DNA of 64,000 nucleotides from an uncultured bacterium (GTDB lineage Bacteria; Babelota; Babeliae; Babelales; Vermiphilaceae): contig OY970172.1 of assembly GCA_963707655.1 (NCBI GenBank), positions 288,001 to 352,000 of the forward strand, written 5' to 3'. A program made the position numbers and the translations under genes. This document shows positions 46,564 to 55,649 of this stretch, one piece after another; the stretch's first letter is position 1, and every line of letters begins with the position of its first letter. The notes below the pieces were generated by a model, which was not told the DNA's origin, did not search any database, and saw nothing but the letters and a program-made list of their open reading frames with translations.

Positions 46564-47319
46564 TTGTTAAACATTATTAACACTGTGGCCGGGCAAGCTC
46601 CCCTAAAAACATTTTTAGCTTTAGCCCAAAGGGATGCCTATGAACAGAATTACCAAAATACTCTTGCTTCTAGCATTGATGAGTGGCTTACACGGCGCCG
46701 AAGACAGCCGAGGAAAAGCATTAGCGTTATGGAGTCCCGACAGCAAAAAATTAGTATTGACTCAATCGAAAAATGTAAAGTTCTAGATTGTGTAAATTAT
46801 AGACCGTTATATGAATTGTCTTGTCCCCATGCGACGCTGGGTACTGATGGAATCTTTCCGGATCCGATCTGGTGCAATAAAGGAGACCATATTTTTGAGC
46901 ACTCATTATCGACTGATTGGGGTGTGCCAGAGCACGGTTTTATTGCTTATGATGCTGAAAGCGGCATTCGTTTAGCTATTTTGCATTCTCATATGCCTAA
47001 TGAAGAGCAAAAGATTGCATGGCAAGAGCAAGAAGCCAGCTCTATTATGCGTGAAGAAATAAGCCAGCTGCGATTGATAACAACTATCCCGCAGGCTTTA
47101 GTGCTGAAATATGTTCAAAGGCACCATGCTTTGCCCTTGTATGAAGATCATGCGCAACGGGATTGTTTAGATGAAATTTGGTCGAGTATTCCGGAAGAAT
47201 TGGCAAAGCCCCTTGCCCTTGCGCCAAGCGGATTTATAAATGCTGCCAAAACTATGCTGGCGTTGCTATGGGGCCCGGTAAGTATACTTTCTGGCAAATA
47301 TAGTCTCCGTAAAGAGTGA
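46564..47319 (+). CDS. Hypothetical protein
   Basis: 251-aa ORF filling the gap between amidase and dnaA; start codon uncertain. Confidence 0.5.
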   Translation: MLNIINTVAGQAPLKTFLALAQRDAYEQNYQNTLASSIDEWLTRRRRQPRKSISVMESRQQKISIDSIEKCKVLDCVNYRPLYELSCPHATLGTDGIFPDPIWCNKGDHIFEHSLSTDWGVPEHGFIAYDAESGIRLAILHSHMPNEEQKIAWQEQEASSIMREEISQLRLITTIPQALVLKYVQRHHALPLYEDHAQRDCLDEIWSSIPEELAKPLALAPSGFINAAKTMLALLWGPVSILSGKYSLRKE

Positions 47320-47337
47320 ATTGAGAAATTCTTTTGA

Positions 47338-47346
47338 TGGGGATAA
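47338..47346 (-). promoter_or_regulatory. Possible DnaA box upstream of dnaA
   Basis: TTATCCCCA, one mismatch to TTATCCACA; single copy only. Confidence 0.35.
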
Positions 47347-47420
47347 ACTTCTTTCAAAAAATCACTCGTTATGTTACCGTAGATTACTTATGTTTATAAT
47401 AATTTTAGCAGACGCGATGC

Positions 47421-48803
47421 ATGAAGATTAATACAATTTGGGAAGAATTTTTAACGATCATCAAAGAAGAAGCGGGAAGCCGTGTTGTTGACACATGGTT
47501 CAAAGCGGTAACTCTTTGTCGCTGGGATGTAACAACGCAGACCGCGTCTTTGGAAGTTCCCAATCAATTTGCACTTGATTGGATTAAAAATAATTATTCT
47601 GTGCTTATTCAAACCCATTTGAGTCGCTTATTGCATGTTGATAAACTCAAGTTGCTCTTTTTTTTGCATGGAAACGAAAAAGAGCAGATACAACCGCAAC
47701 TATCTACTCAGGCAGTGGTTGTTAAAAAAGAAGTTGCTCCTCCGGTAGAAAATCAGATAATTCTTGCCAAGCCACGGGGCACGCTCAATGTGAGTCAGAC
47801 TTTTAGCAGTTTTGTTGTTGGTCCCAGTAATTCTTTGGCGTATGCCGCAGCTCAAGCCGTTGCAGAAAAACCGGGCAATTTATATAACCCACTGTTTTTT
47901 TATGGCGGTTCGGGATTGGGCAAAACTCATTTACTGCATGCGATTGGCAATGAGATTAAGCGGCTATACCCCAAGGCTATTGTTTTGTATCAGACAGCAG
48001 ATCGTTTTGTGAATGAATTTATTCATGCCATTCGTTTTGACAAGATACATAAATTTCAGGAAAAATATAAAGCCGTTGATGTCTTGTTGGTTGATGACAT
48101 TCAGTTCATCTCTAATAAAGAACAGACGCAAGAAGCTTTTTTCCATATTTTCAATACGTTATATGATTTGCGCAAACAGATTATCTTTTCAAGCGACGTG
48201 GTACCTCAAGACATTAAGGGGTTAGCAGAGCGGTTGCGTTCTCGCCTTGCGTGGGGACTTGTTGCCGACATTCGTTCTCCGGCATTGGAAACGAAGATTG
48301 CTATCTTAAAAAAGAAAGCGGAATTGAGTAATGAACATCTTCCCGATGATGTTGCACATTTTATTGGGTCACGCGTTGTTTCTAATATTCGTGAATTAGA
48401 GGGGGCATTAATTCGGGTGATGGCCTTTGCTTCTTTAACGAGCCAAAAAATGAGTTTAGCATTAGCGGAAAAAGTGCTGGAAAAAAATGTTGAAACGCGC
48501 TCGGAACCAATTGGTTTTGATGGCATTGTTAAGTGTCTGAGCAACTATTATCCATATAAATTAGAGCAACTGCGTTCAAAAGATCGCAGTAAAGATCTCG
48601 CGTGTGTACGACAAATTGCCATGTTTCTTATGAAAAAAATGACTGACAAATCATTGCGTGACATCGGTGTTTTTTTAGGCGGTCGCGATCATTCTACGGT
48701 TGTGCATGCACTAACAAAAGTACAAGAGCAATGTGAGAGCGACACGGTGTTTAAAGGACATCTTCAGCAGCTTGAAGATGATATTTTACGCGTTCGGCGC
48801 TAA
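47421..48803 (+). CDS. dnaA: Chromosomal replication initiator DnaA
   Basis: FVVGPSN, YNPLFFYGGSGLGKTHLLHAIGN, DDIQF, TQEAFFHIFN, NIRELEGAL, GRDHSTVVHA. Confidence 0.98.
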   Translation: MKINTIWEEFLTIIKEEAGSRVVDTWFKAVTLCRWDVTTQTASLEVPNQFALDWIKNNYSVLIQTHLSRLLHVDKLKLLFFLHGNEKEQIQPQLSTQAVVVKKEVAPPVENQIILAKPRGTLNVSQTFSSFVVGPSNSLAYAAAQAVAEKPGNLYNPLFFYGGSGLGKTHLLHAIGNEIKRLYPKAIVLYQTADRFVNEFIHAIRFDKIHKFQEKYKAVDVLLVDDIQFISNKEQTQEAFFHIFNTLYDLRKQIIFSSDVVPQDIKGLAERLRSRLAWGLVADIRSPALETKIAILKKKAELSNEHLPDDVAHFIGSRVVSNIRELEGALIRVMAFASLTSQKMSLALAEKVLEKNVETRSEPIGFDGIVKCLSNYYPYKLEQLRSKDRSKDLACVRQIAMFLMKKMTDKSLRDIGVFLGGRDHSTVVHALTKVQEQCESDTVFKGHLQQLEDDILRVRR

Positions 48804-49862
48804 TTCATCTTCATACCTTAAATGGTAGGCGTTGTGAGATTTTTGTGCCATACGACGCTGTCTTTTGGTTTGAAACATTGAATCGAATATAAATTTATTT
48901 GCCAGGTAAGAGTAAAAATCTACATAGCTACTAAACTTTTTTCTTTCTTTGATTCCCACCATCGAGGGAAAATGCTCTGTGTCAATAATAGTCAGCGCAC
49001 CGGTTCTTTGTTCTATTCTAAAATTACTTATGTTCGCATCAATGATCATGTTTGAGTCATGACTCAATTGCAGAGCTATTTTTCTATCTTCTTTATTGTA
49101 TAAAGAGAATACTCGTTCAGGTTTAATTTCATCGGCAATTATCGCGTATATACCCGGTATTTCTATATACTGATGTTCTTTATTGCCTATGTTGATGCCC
49201 TCAAGCGCGATCCATTGCGAAGATGAGGGAATAAAAAACCATTTTCGGGGTAATTTTACTTTTCCTCGCCATTGGGGAGAGTCTTTTATTGTTTGTTCTA
49301 TTAATTCACGATTTCGCAATCGCGTAAATCCGGTTAAATGGCGATTGACTCCGCCTCCCATAAAGAAAAAAAAGCAGGGTTCCAATCCTTTGTTCAAAGG
49401 GAGCGTTAAGCTTTTGGGATTTTCGAAAAAAAGTTTAAGTATCAGTGGATAATTTTTAAATTTTAATACGAGCATGCCGCAATGCTCTTTTTCATTAAAA
49501 TCACGATTTTTGACGATATCAAAGTTTGTGTACCATCTTTTATTTTCTATAATTTCAAGAATAAGGTCGTTGATAAGTTTTTTGATATGCGTACCTTCAA
49601 GAGTGCTTTTTTGCTGATTTTTCAAGATAGGAATATGATCAGGCAAAGCATATTTTTCGAAATATTGTTTATTGAAAGTTTTGAAATACGCGTATTCTTC
49701 AAGACAATTGTTGCGCAAAAGATATTTCTTTTGCGGGTCATCTTTCCAATAGAAGGTTATTTGAGGCATGAGTGGATCTATTGGACGATGAATGCTGCGC
49801 GCTTGACAGGATAGTGCGCAGATGATTAAAAATAGGAAAAAAATAATACTGTTGTGCTTCAT
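48786..49862 (-). CDS. Secreted hypothetical protein with kinase-like motifs
   Basis: Signal peptide; LILKLF, IIDANISNF, IIDTE. Confidence 0.6.
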   Translation of the reverse strand: MKHNSIIFFLFLIICALSCQARSIHRPIDPLMPQITFYWKDDPQKKYLLRNNCLEEYAYFKTFNKQYFEKYALPDHIPILKNQQKSTLEGTHIKKLINDLILEIIENKRWYTNFDIVKNRDFNEKEHCGMLVLKFKNYPLILKLFFENPKSLTLPLNKGLEPCFFFFMGGGVNRHLTGFTRLRNRELIEQTIKDSPQWRGKVKLPRKWFFIPSSSQWIALEGINIGNKEHQYIEIPGIYAIIADEIKPERVFSLYNKEDRKIALQLSHDSNMIIDANISNFRIEQRTGALTIIDTEHFPSMVGIKERKKFSSYVDFYSYLANKFIFDSMFQTKRQRRMAQKSHNAYHLRYEDELAPNA

Positions 49863-50100
49863 ACTTAATCTCGTATTAAAATTTTTTTATTTATTCTACA
49901 AACATGGATTGGCGCGGTCAAATGTTTGTGCTTTCTTTGTAAGAATTCATAGGTAATTGAGCTGAAAATAGATTAAAGCCTGCCTCGATTTCCATTTTTT
50001 TTAAAGCTGTTGATGTTAACTGATAAGTGCGCTATGGTTTTAAATAAGAAGCATTTTTTTAAGTAATGAAAGCAAACACACTAGTATAAGAAAGGATAGT

Positions 50101-50634
50101 ATGAACAGAGAGGAAATGCTCCATAAACAATATGGAATGCTTAAGCAATTAAGCTCGTTGCCGCGCAAGATGGTATCTTTGCACGGGGCTGATAAAATTG
50201 CCGATTTAGTATTGCATGAATTGTGCCAACCCGATTGCTTTAATTTAGTTAAAGCCGCCTATTTTGTAGATAACCCGGATTTCAATTGCTTTAAAGGAGT
50301 AAGTGGTCTTTTGCGCTCAGAGCTCAAAGATGATCATGTAATATCTTGGGATGATCCGGCATTATTTTTATCATATACGTTTGATTTGCCTTTTAATAAA
50401 CAAGTAAGACAGGTAACCAAGCCAAGCTACAAAAAACAGCAGTGTCGTGATCAGGAAATGGCAGAAGAGATTGCCTCTGACCTGGGGTTTAATGATCATG
50501 CCTTTTGTTCATGGAATATGAAACATGACAATCACGGTCTGTTTATTTATGAAAAAGCCAATTTAGCCGACTACCCAATAGAAGAACATTTAGCAGATGC
50601 GCTTTCTTTGCTCAGCTTCTGCCCTATATCTTAA
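50101..50634 (+). CDS. Hypothetical protein (possibly GAF-like)
   Basis: AAGGA RBS; 177 aa. Confidence 0.65.
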   Translation: MNREEMLHKQYGMLKQLSSLPRKMVSLHGADKIADLVLHELCQPDCFNLVKAAYFVDNPDFNCFKGVSGLLRSELKDDHVISWDDPALFLSYTFDLPFNKQVRQVTKPSYKKQQCRDQEMAEEIASDLGFNDHAFCSWNMKHDNHGLFIYEKANLADYPIEEHLADALSLLSFCPIS

Positions 50635-50638
50635 AATA

Positions 50639-51871
50639 TTACTCTCCTTTTAAAACTGATGAGATGAGTAATTTTTTACTTCTTTGTACAGAAAAAAAAC
50701 TGGCACAAATGCTTATGGTAATAACCACCATGAATACTAATAAGAAGGTTTTGTATTCTATGCAAATAGGCAAATGGGATACATAATAGGTGTCAGGCAG
50801 GCTGATAAAGGGATATCTTTTTAGCAAAAGACAGATAGCATAGGCGATCAATTCTCCGCTGATCGCGGCGCAACCGCTTATCCCAATACCGATTGTCATA
50901 AAGAGAGCATTAATACTTTTTTGAGATGCTCCACACGCTTTTAAAATGGCAATATCTTTTTGTTTTTGGGTAACGTACATAAAAAGTAATGAAATAATAT
51001 TCATGCTCGCAACGATAATAATAAGCATTAACACAAAAAACATCGCATATTTTTCTAACTTAAGGGCGGATACCAACGCGGGATACAGATCTTTCCATGA
51101 ATGAGTATCAAGATGAAAGCGCTGCTTGAGTTTAGTTATCGTGGTACGGTCATCTGCGCCGGGGGTAAGATTGATATTAATTTCGCTTATGCCTTGATTA
51201 AAAATCGTTTTTAAGCAATCAAGCGAGCAGTAGAGTAACCCCGTATCAAATTCATCTATTCCCGTGTCAAAAAGTGCCGAAACGGTAACGGTGACTTTAT
51301 CAAAAGTCATATCTTCCCCATATTCTTCCGTTGCGCTGCTCCAAATTGTCATTGAATCACCAACGGTAAGATGTAACATTTCAGCCAATTTTTTTCCTAT
51401 GATGAATTGATTATTGGCAAGCAATATCGAAAGGTCATCGCCAGATGCGGGAGGAATAATTTTTTGAGCGATAGTCTTTACCCGCATTTCATGAACAGGG
51501 TGAATTCCTTTAAGCACAACAATACTATTGGTGTCATGCGCGTCGGATGTGTGAATGAGGGCGTGTTTAAAGCCGGTGGGTCCACAGGCCTCTATTTCAG
51601 GAAATTCTGAATCTAAAATTTCTTTAATACGATCAAATTTAAGATTGCCCTGTGCGGTGCGCATAATAATTTGTGAATGAATGCCGCGTAGTTTTTCGTG
51701 TGTCGCTTGTTCAAAGCCATTCATAACGCATGATACGAGAGTAAGCGCCCCTGATCCGATTAAAATTGCACAAAAACAGATTATAGCCATAACGGAGAGC
51801 GATTGCTCTTTGTTTCCTTTGATATATCGCCATGCCAGAAGGGTAACAAGGGTACGTGTAGTTGTTATCAT
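50639..51871 (-). CDS. LolC/E-type (FtsX-like) ABC transporter permease
   Basis: LAWRY, SCVMNGF, SWKDLY..L.SALKLEK, ASMNIIS, KDIAILKACGA, LPDTYY; ATG at 51871. Confidence 0.9.
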   Translation of the reverse strand: MITTTRTLVTLLAWRYIKGNKEQSLSVMAIICFCAILIGSGALTLVSCVMNGFEQATHEKLRGIHSQIIMRTAQGNLKFDRIKEILDSEFPEIEACGPTGFKHALIHTSDAHDTNSIVVLKGIHPVHEMRVKTIAQKIIPPASGDDLSILLANNQFIIGKKLAEMLHLTVGDSMTIWSSATEEYGEDMTFDKVTVTVSALFDTGIDEFDTGLLYCSLDCLKTIFNQGISEININLTPGADDRTTITKLKQRFHLDTHSWKDLYPALVSALKLEKYAMFFVLMLIIIVASMNIISLLFMYVTQKQKDIAILKACGASQKSINALFMTIGIGISGCAAISGELIAYAICLLLKRYPFISLPDTYYVSHLPICIEYKTFLLVFMVVITISICASFFSVQRSKKLLISSVLKGE

Positions 51872-52103
51872 GCGTGTAGTTCTTTTTTCCTTGTAAATTA
51901 GAACAGTTTTTTTTAGGCTACTACTAGTATCATCTATTTTAATAAAAAGAGGCGCACTTATGAAGCAAGCTGTAGAGTTTGCGGTGCTCTTTTTATCATG
52001 TTGATAGTGCCCGGTTGTGGTGGTACGGTAACCGTGCATTGCCGAATATTCGTGATGGGTATGTTGATAAAAAAGTATATGTGCCAATTATCTGGGGGTA
52101 ATT

Positions 52104-52550
52104 ATGAAAATCGCCTTAGGAACGGATCACCGCGGTTTTGAACAAAAAGAATTTGTTAAAAGTAGATTGTCTGTATCATCGGTAGAATGCATTGATCTTG
52201 GCTGTTTTTCTGATCAGCCATCAGATTATCCGTTGTTTGCCAAAGAAGTCTGCGCTGCGATTCAGAAAGGATATGCGCAGTATGGCATACTCTGGTGCGG
52301 TACTGGCATTGGTATGTCTATAGCTGCCAATAGATTTGCAGGGATTTATGCGGCGCTTGTCTGGAATGAAGAGATGGCGAAGTTAAGCAAAAGTGATGAT
52401 AATGCCAATGTGCTGGTATTTCCAGCCGATTTTATTTCAACAGAGCGGGTAATGGCTTGCATAGAATCATGGTTGGGAACAACGTTTAAAGGCGATCGTT
52501 ATGAGCGTCGCTTGCACATTATTGATTCATGGAGCGGTGTAAAGGGATGA
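52104..52550 (+). CDS. rpiB: Ribose-5-phosphate isomerase B (RpiB/LacA/LacB)
   Basis: IALGTDHRG, DYP, CGTGIGMSIAANR, NANVL. Confidence 0.92.
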   Translation: MKIALGTDHRGFEQKEFVKSRLSVSSVECIDLGCFSDQPSDYPLFAKEVCAAIQKGYAQYGILWCGTGIGMSIAANRFAGIYAALVWNEEMAKLSKSDDNANVLVFPADFISTERVMACIESWLGTTFKGDRYERRLHIIDSWSGVKG

Positions 52551-52551
52551 A

Positions 52552-52589
52552 AAAAGAGAGAGGCGCATTTAAATGCGCCTCTCTCTTTT
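52552..52589. terminator. Bidirectional terminator (38-bp perfect palindrome)
   Basis: AAAAGAGAGAGGCGCATTT|AAATGCGCCTCTCTCTTTT between convergent genes. Confidence 0.8.
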
Positions 52590-52609
52590 AGCTGTTTAGG
52601 CTATATTTA

Positions 52610-53044
52610 TTACTGTTGCTTTAGTTGCATTTCTAAAAGTGTCGGCAGCACTTTTTCTTGAAAATATTCTGATACGTCATTTCGTGATAATGTTTTTGGT
52701 AAAAATTCTTCGAGGTATTCAAGGAGTTCAAGTATTTGTTCTTCTGTTAGTTTGAGGTCTCGTAGTGTTAGGGAATAGATCTCTAGCAGGATTTGGAGTA
52801 GTTTTTGTTCTTTTTCTTTGCCTTGAGGTTGTTTTTGTAATACTTCTATCAGTTCGCCTGTTATTCTTTTGTGTTCTTGTGGTAAATGTGAGCTTGCTTC
52901 TTCCAGCCATGTTGCTGTCGCGATGATGAGTACCATGTCTTCGTCATAACGCCTTTGCCACTCTTCTTGGCATGAGTCATTGTTAGATTTCACAGACGCT
53001 GTGCCTGAGATGAGCAGTAAAAGAGCTAATATTGTTTTATTCAT
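52610..53044 (-). CDS. Secreted helical hypothetical protein
   Basis: GGAGG RBS; signal peptide; Glu/Leu-rich. Confidence 0.7.
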   Translation of the reverse strand: MNKTILALLLLISGTASVKSNNDSCQEEWQRRYDEDMVLIIATATWLEEASSHLPQEHKRITGELIEVLQKQPQGKEKEQKLLQILLEIYSLTLRDLKLTEEQILELLEYLEEFLPKTLSRNDVSEYFQEKVLPTLLEMQLKQQ

Positions 53045-53072
53045 AAGAAAACCTCCATTTCTTCAGTTATAC

Positions 53073-55535
53073 TTATTTCTTCTTCACTATTTCCGCTACT
53101 TCTTGGCCGGAAAGGCTTTTGCGCTCTTTGAGCGCAGCAACCAAGGCGGTCAATGCATCTTTATTGCTTTCAAGTAATGCGATAATTTCTTGTTCGCATG
53201 CTGCCAATATTTGCAACGCAGCAGTGCGTAATTCTTGAACGCGCTGCTTTGGCAGCTGTTGAGGGTCAATGCCTTCAAAAGCAATGCTTTGAGCAATATT
53301 TAAAGCCTGTTGTCTATAGCCGCTATGATATGATCCACCCGTTGAGCCCAGGAGCATTTTTTCTGCTGCGGCACCGGCAAGCAATAGTTTGCATTGAGCC
53401 ATTTTTTCTGTATTGCTGATAACATTCAAGGTATCATTTTCACGGTAGGTAAATACTTTACCATAGATAATAGGGCTTTGTTTCGCCTCATTTTTCTGGT
53501 CATGATATTGCATCCATACCGATTCTTCTTTGAGTTTTGCAACAATAGGCTGAATGGTTACTTTGGCAACTTTGTCTTCCGTTTCAAGAAGAACGTGTGT
53601 TAATGCGGCTGCTGCCTGGTGGGTTGCAATTACCGCCATTTCTTTGTCGGTAATCTGCTTTTCATCAACACCAATAATATTGCGCACTTCTTCATCAAAG
53701 CTCATTTCAAGCAGCTCTTGAGAAAGGGTTACGCCCAATATTTTTGATTTTTGGAATGCGGCCTTAATAATGGCATTAATATCTTCATAAGTGCAGCCAG
53801 TTGTTTCTAGCGCCAATTTTTCTACATCAAATTGCGCAATGTCGACTGAAAGATCACCAAGACGTTTGCAGAGAAACTCGATGCGATTTTCCAACGTTGG
53901 CAAATCAAAGAAGATTGACTTACCAAAGCGACCATGTTGGCGCAGGGCAAAATCAATATTTTCCGGCTTATTGGTAGCAGCCAAAAGAATCACTTGTTTT
54001 TTAGGGTCAGTATCCATAAAGCCACTTAATGTTGATAAGAATTGGCTCAACATGTTTTTGTTACCAATGCGCTGCAAGTCAAGGAGATCTATCTCATCGA
54101 TGAATATTACACAAGGTCCTGCTTCTTGGGCAAGATGCATAATATAATCAAATCCGGCTTCAGAAATTTTATCAGCTTTGATTTCATAGAAACCAAATTC
54201 ATCGGCAGGTTTACCCATTGCACGCATTAATTTCTGAATTTCTCCGCAGAGTGCTTTGGCAAAGTGTGATTTTCCGGTTCGTGTTGGACCGTAAAGGAGA
54301 TAGCCTTTTTCAGGAATAAGGTTTTTACGGGCAAAGCGTTCTGGATCTTCTAAATATTTTAAAATTTTGTAAGCAATTTCTTTGGCATGTTCTTTACCAA
54401 CCACATTATCAAAATTAACTTTGCTCTGCATGTCGGTAACGCCATCGGGTCTATTGCGATATTCGCCACCTTTGAGAAAGTTAACTGCTTTGGTAAGTTG
54501 TTTGCCTACCGCATTTTTTGCTTGCACAAATGCTGATTTGTATGCTGTTAAAGCAAGTGGCACCAATACGGTAGCAAATGGCCAATAGCCTTGCCCATAT
54601 CGTCTAATGAAATGTTCCGGCACGCCTAAATACCATTTTAATGGATGGCCCGCGACTAAAGCCGCAATCTCTTTTTTGGATTGTTCACCCTGAAGATACA
54701 GATCGATGCTTAAATCATCCATTTCTGCTGCCTTCATTACTTGCTTTAGGTACTCAACTGCTTTTTGCTCAGTAGCAAGACCATTATGATAGATGTCATT
54801 AAGGTTTCCTGCGTTATCTAATCGCGGTGGCCAGCCTAAAATATTGCGTAAACTCGTGTTTTTGCTATCTGATTGGTACCAACAATAGAGCGCAAGCAGT
54901 CCGGTGATACCCCCAACCATTGCTACTTTATCAAGATGATATTTGTGAGCAGGTTGCAGCACATTATCATCAAGCTTGCGATAGAGTTTGTTGTACCAGG
55001 TAAGACCGGCAGTTTTTGCTTGCTCTTTGACCAATTCAAGTATGACACTATTTTCTTGAGCAGCTTTCATCAGATTTTCAAAAGTAATATCATCTTCTGT
55101 TAAAGCGCTTCGCGGCACCTGGAAAGATGGAATATTGTGCAACCCTTTATCAAGTGCATTTTTAAAATGAGTGATAAGATGTTTCTCAAGCTGGAGCAAG
55201 ATGGCTAAAGTTGGCTCGTTAATATCGGCGAAAGCGTCATTTTTAATAGCGGAGGTGAATGCGCGGAGTTCTTTAATGGCAGCAATAGCTTTAGCTTTAT
55301 CTGTCTGTATGGCCTTGTTATTCACATCAAGGGCAATATCTTCCAAGATGATATCAAGGGTGTTTGCATTGTCGATGACAAGTTTGAGAATAAATTCAAG
55401 CTTGTCTTGGCGTTGCTCTGCCATTTGTGCCATAATAGACTCATCAATGGCAGGTTGTGCCGGTTGATTGGCATAAGAAAAACTGAATGGCATTATGAGC
55501 AAGAGGGTTATTCGTAGACAATTTGAAAATTTCAT
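53073..55535 (-). CDS. FtsH-like AAA+ ATPase with degenerate protease site
   Basis: FDNVVG, KGYLLYGPTRTGKS, IFIDEID, AATNKPENIDFALRQHGRF; M41-like C-terminus with THQAAA in place of HExGH. Confidence 0.88.
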   Translation of the reverse strand: MKFSNCLRITLLLIMPFSFSYANQPAQPAIDESIMAQMAEQRQDKLEFILKLVIDNANTLDIILEDIALDVNNKAIQTDKAKAIAAIKELRAFTSAIKNDAFADINEPTLAILLQLEKHLITHFKNALDKGLHNIPSFQVPRSALTEDDITFENLMKAAQENSVILELVKEQAKTAGLTWYNKLYRKLDDNVLQPAHKYHLDKVAMVGGITGLLALYCWYQSDSKNTSLRNILGWPPRLDNAGNLNDIYHNGLATEQKAVEYLKQVMKAAEMDDLSIDLYLQGEQSKKEIAALVAGHPLKWYLGVPEHFIRRYGQGYWPFATVLVPLALTAYKSAFVQAKNAVGKQLTKAVNFLKGGEYRNRPDGVTDMQSKVNFDNVVGKEHAKEIAYKILKYLEDPERFARKNLIPEKGYLLYGPTRTGKSHFAKALCGEIQKLMRAMGKPADEFGFYEIKADKISEAGFDYIMHLAQEAGPCVIFIDEIDLLDLQRIGNKNMLSQFLSTLSGFMDTDPKKQVILLAATNKPENIDFALRQHGRFGKSIFFDLPTLENRIEFLCKRLGDLSVDIAQFDVEKLALETTGCTYEDINAIIKAAFQKSKILGVTLSQELLEMSFDEEVRNIIGVDEKQITDKEMAVIATHQAAAALTHVLLETEDKVAKVTIQPIVAKLKEESVWMQYHDQKNEAKQSPIIYGKVFTYRENDTLNVISNTEKMAQCKLLLAGAAAEKMLLGSTGGSYHSGYRQQALNIAQSIAFEGIDPQQLPKQRVQELRTAALQILAACEQEIIALLESNKDALTALVAALKERKSLSGQEVAEIVKKK

Positions 55536-55649
55536 ATAGAAATACTCCACTTTTGTTAATGGTAAAATAGTACTAGATATGTCTATTGTACGTTTTTTTA
55601 ATTTTTTGTCGATAAGTTTAAGGTAAAATCCCCATAAAAAAGGACAAAT

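Noticed and set aside
51872..52087. 72-aa N-terminal extension of the LolC/E-like ORF, or a small lipoprotein on the + strand
   Set aside because: The extension has no family resemblance and covers the divergent promoter region; the + strand frames are short and interrupted
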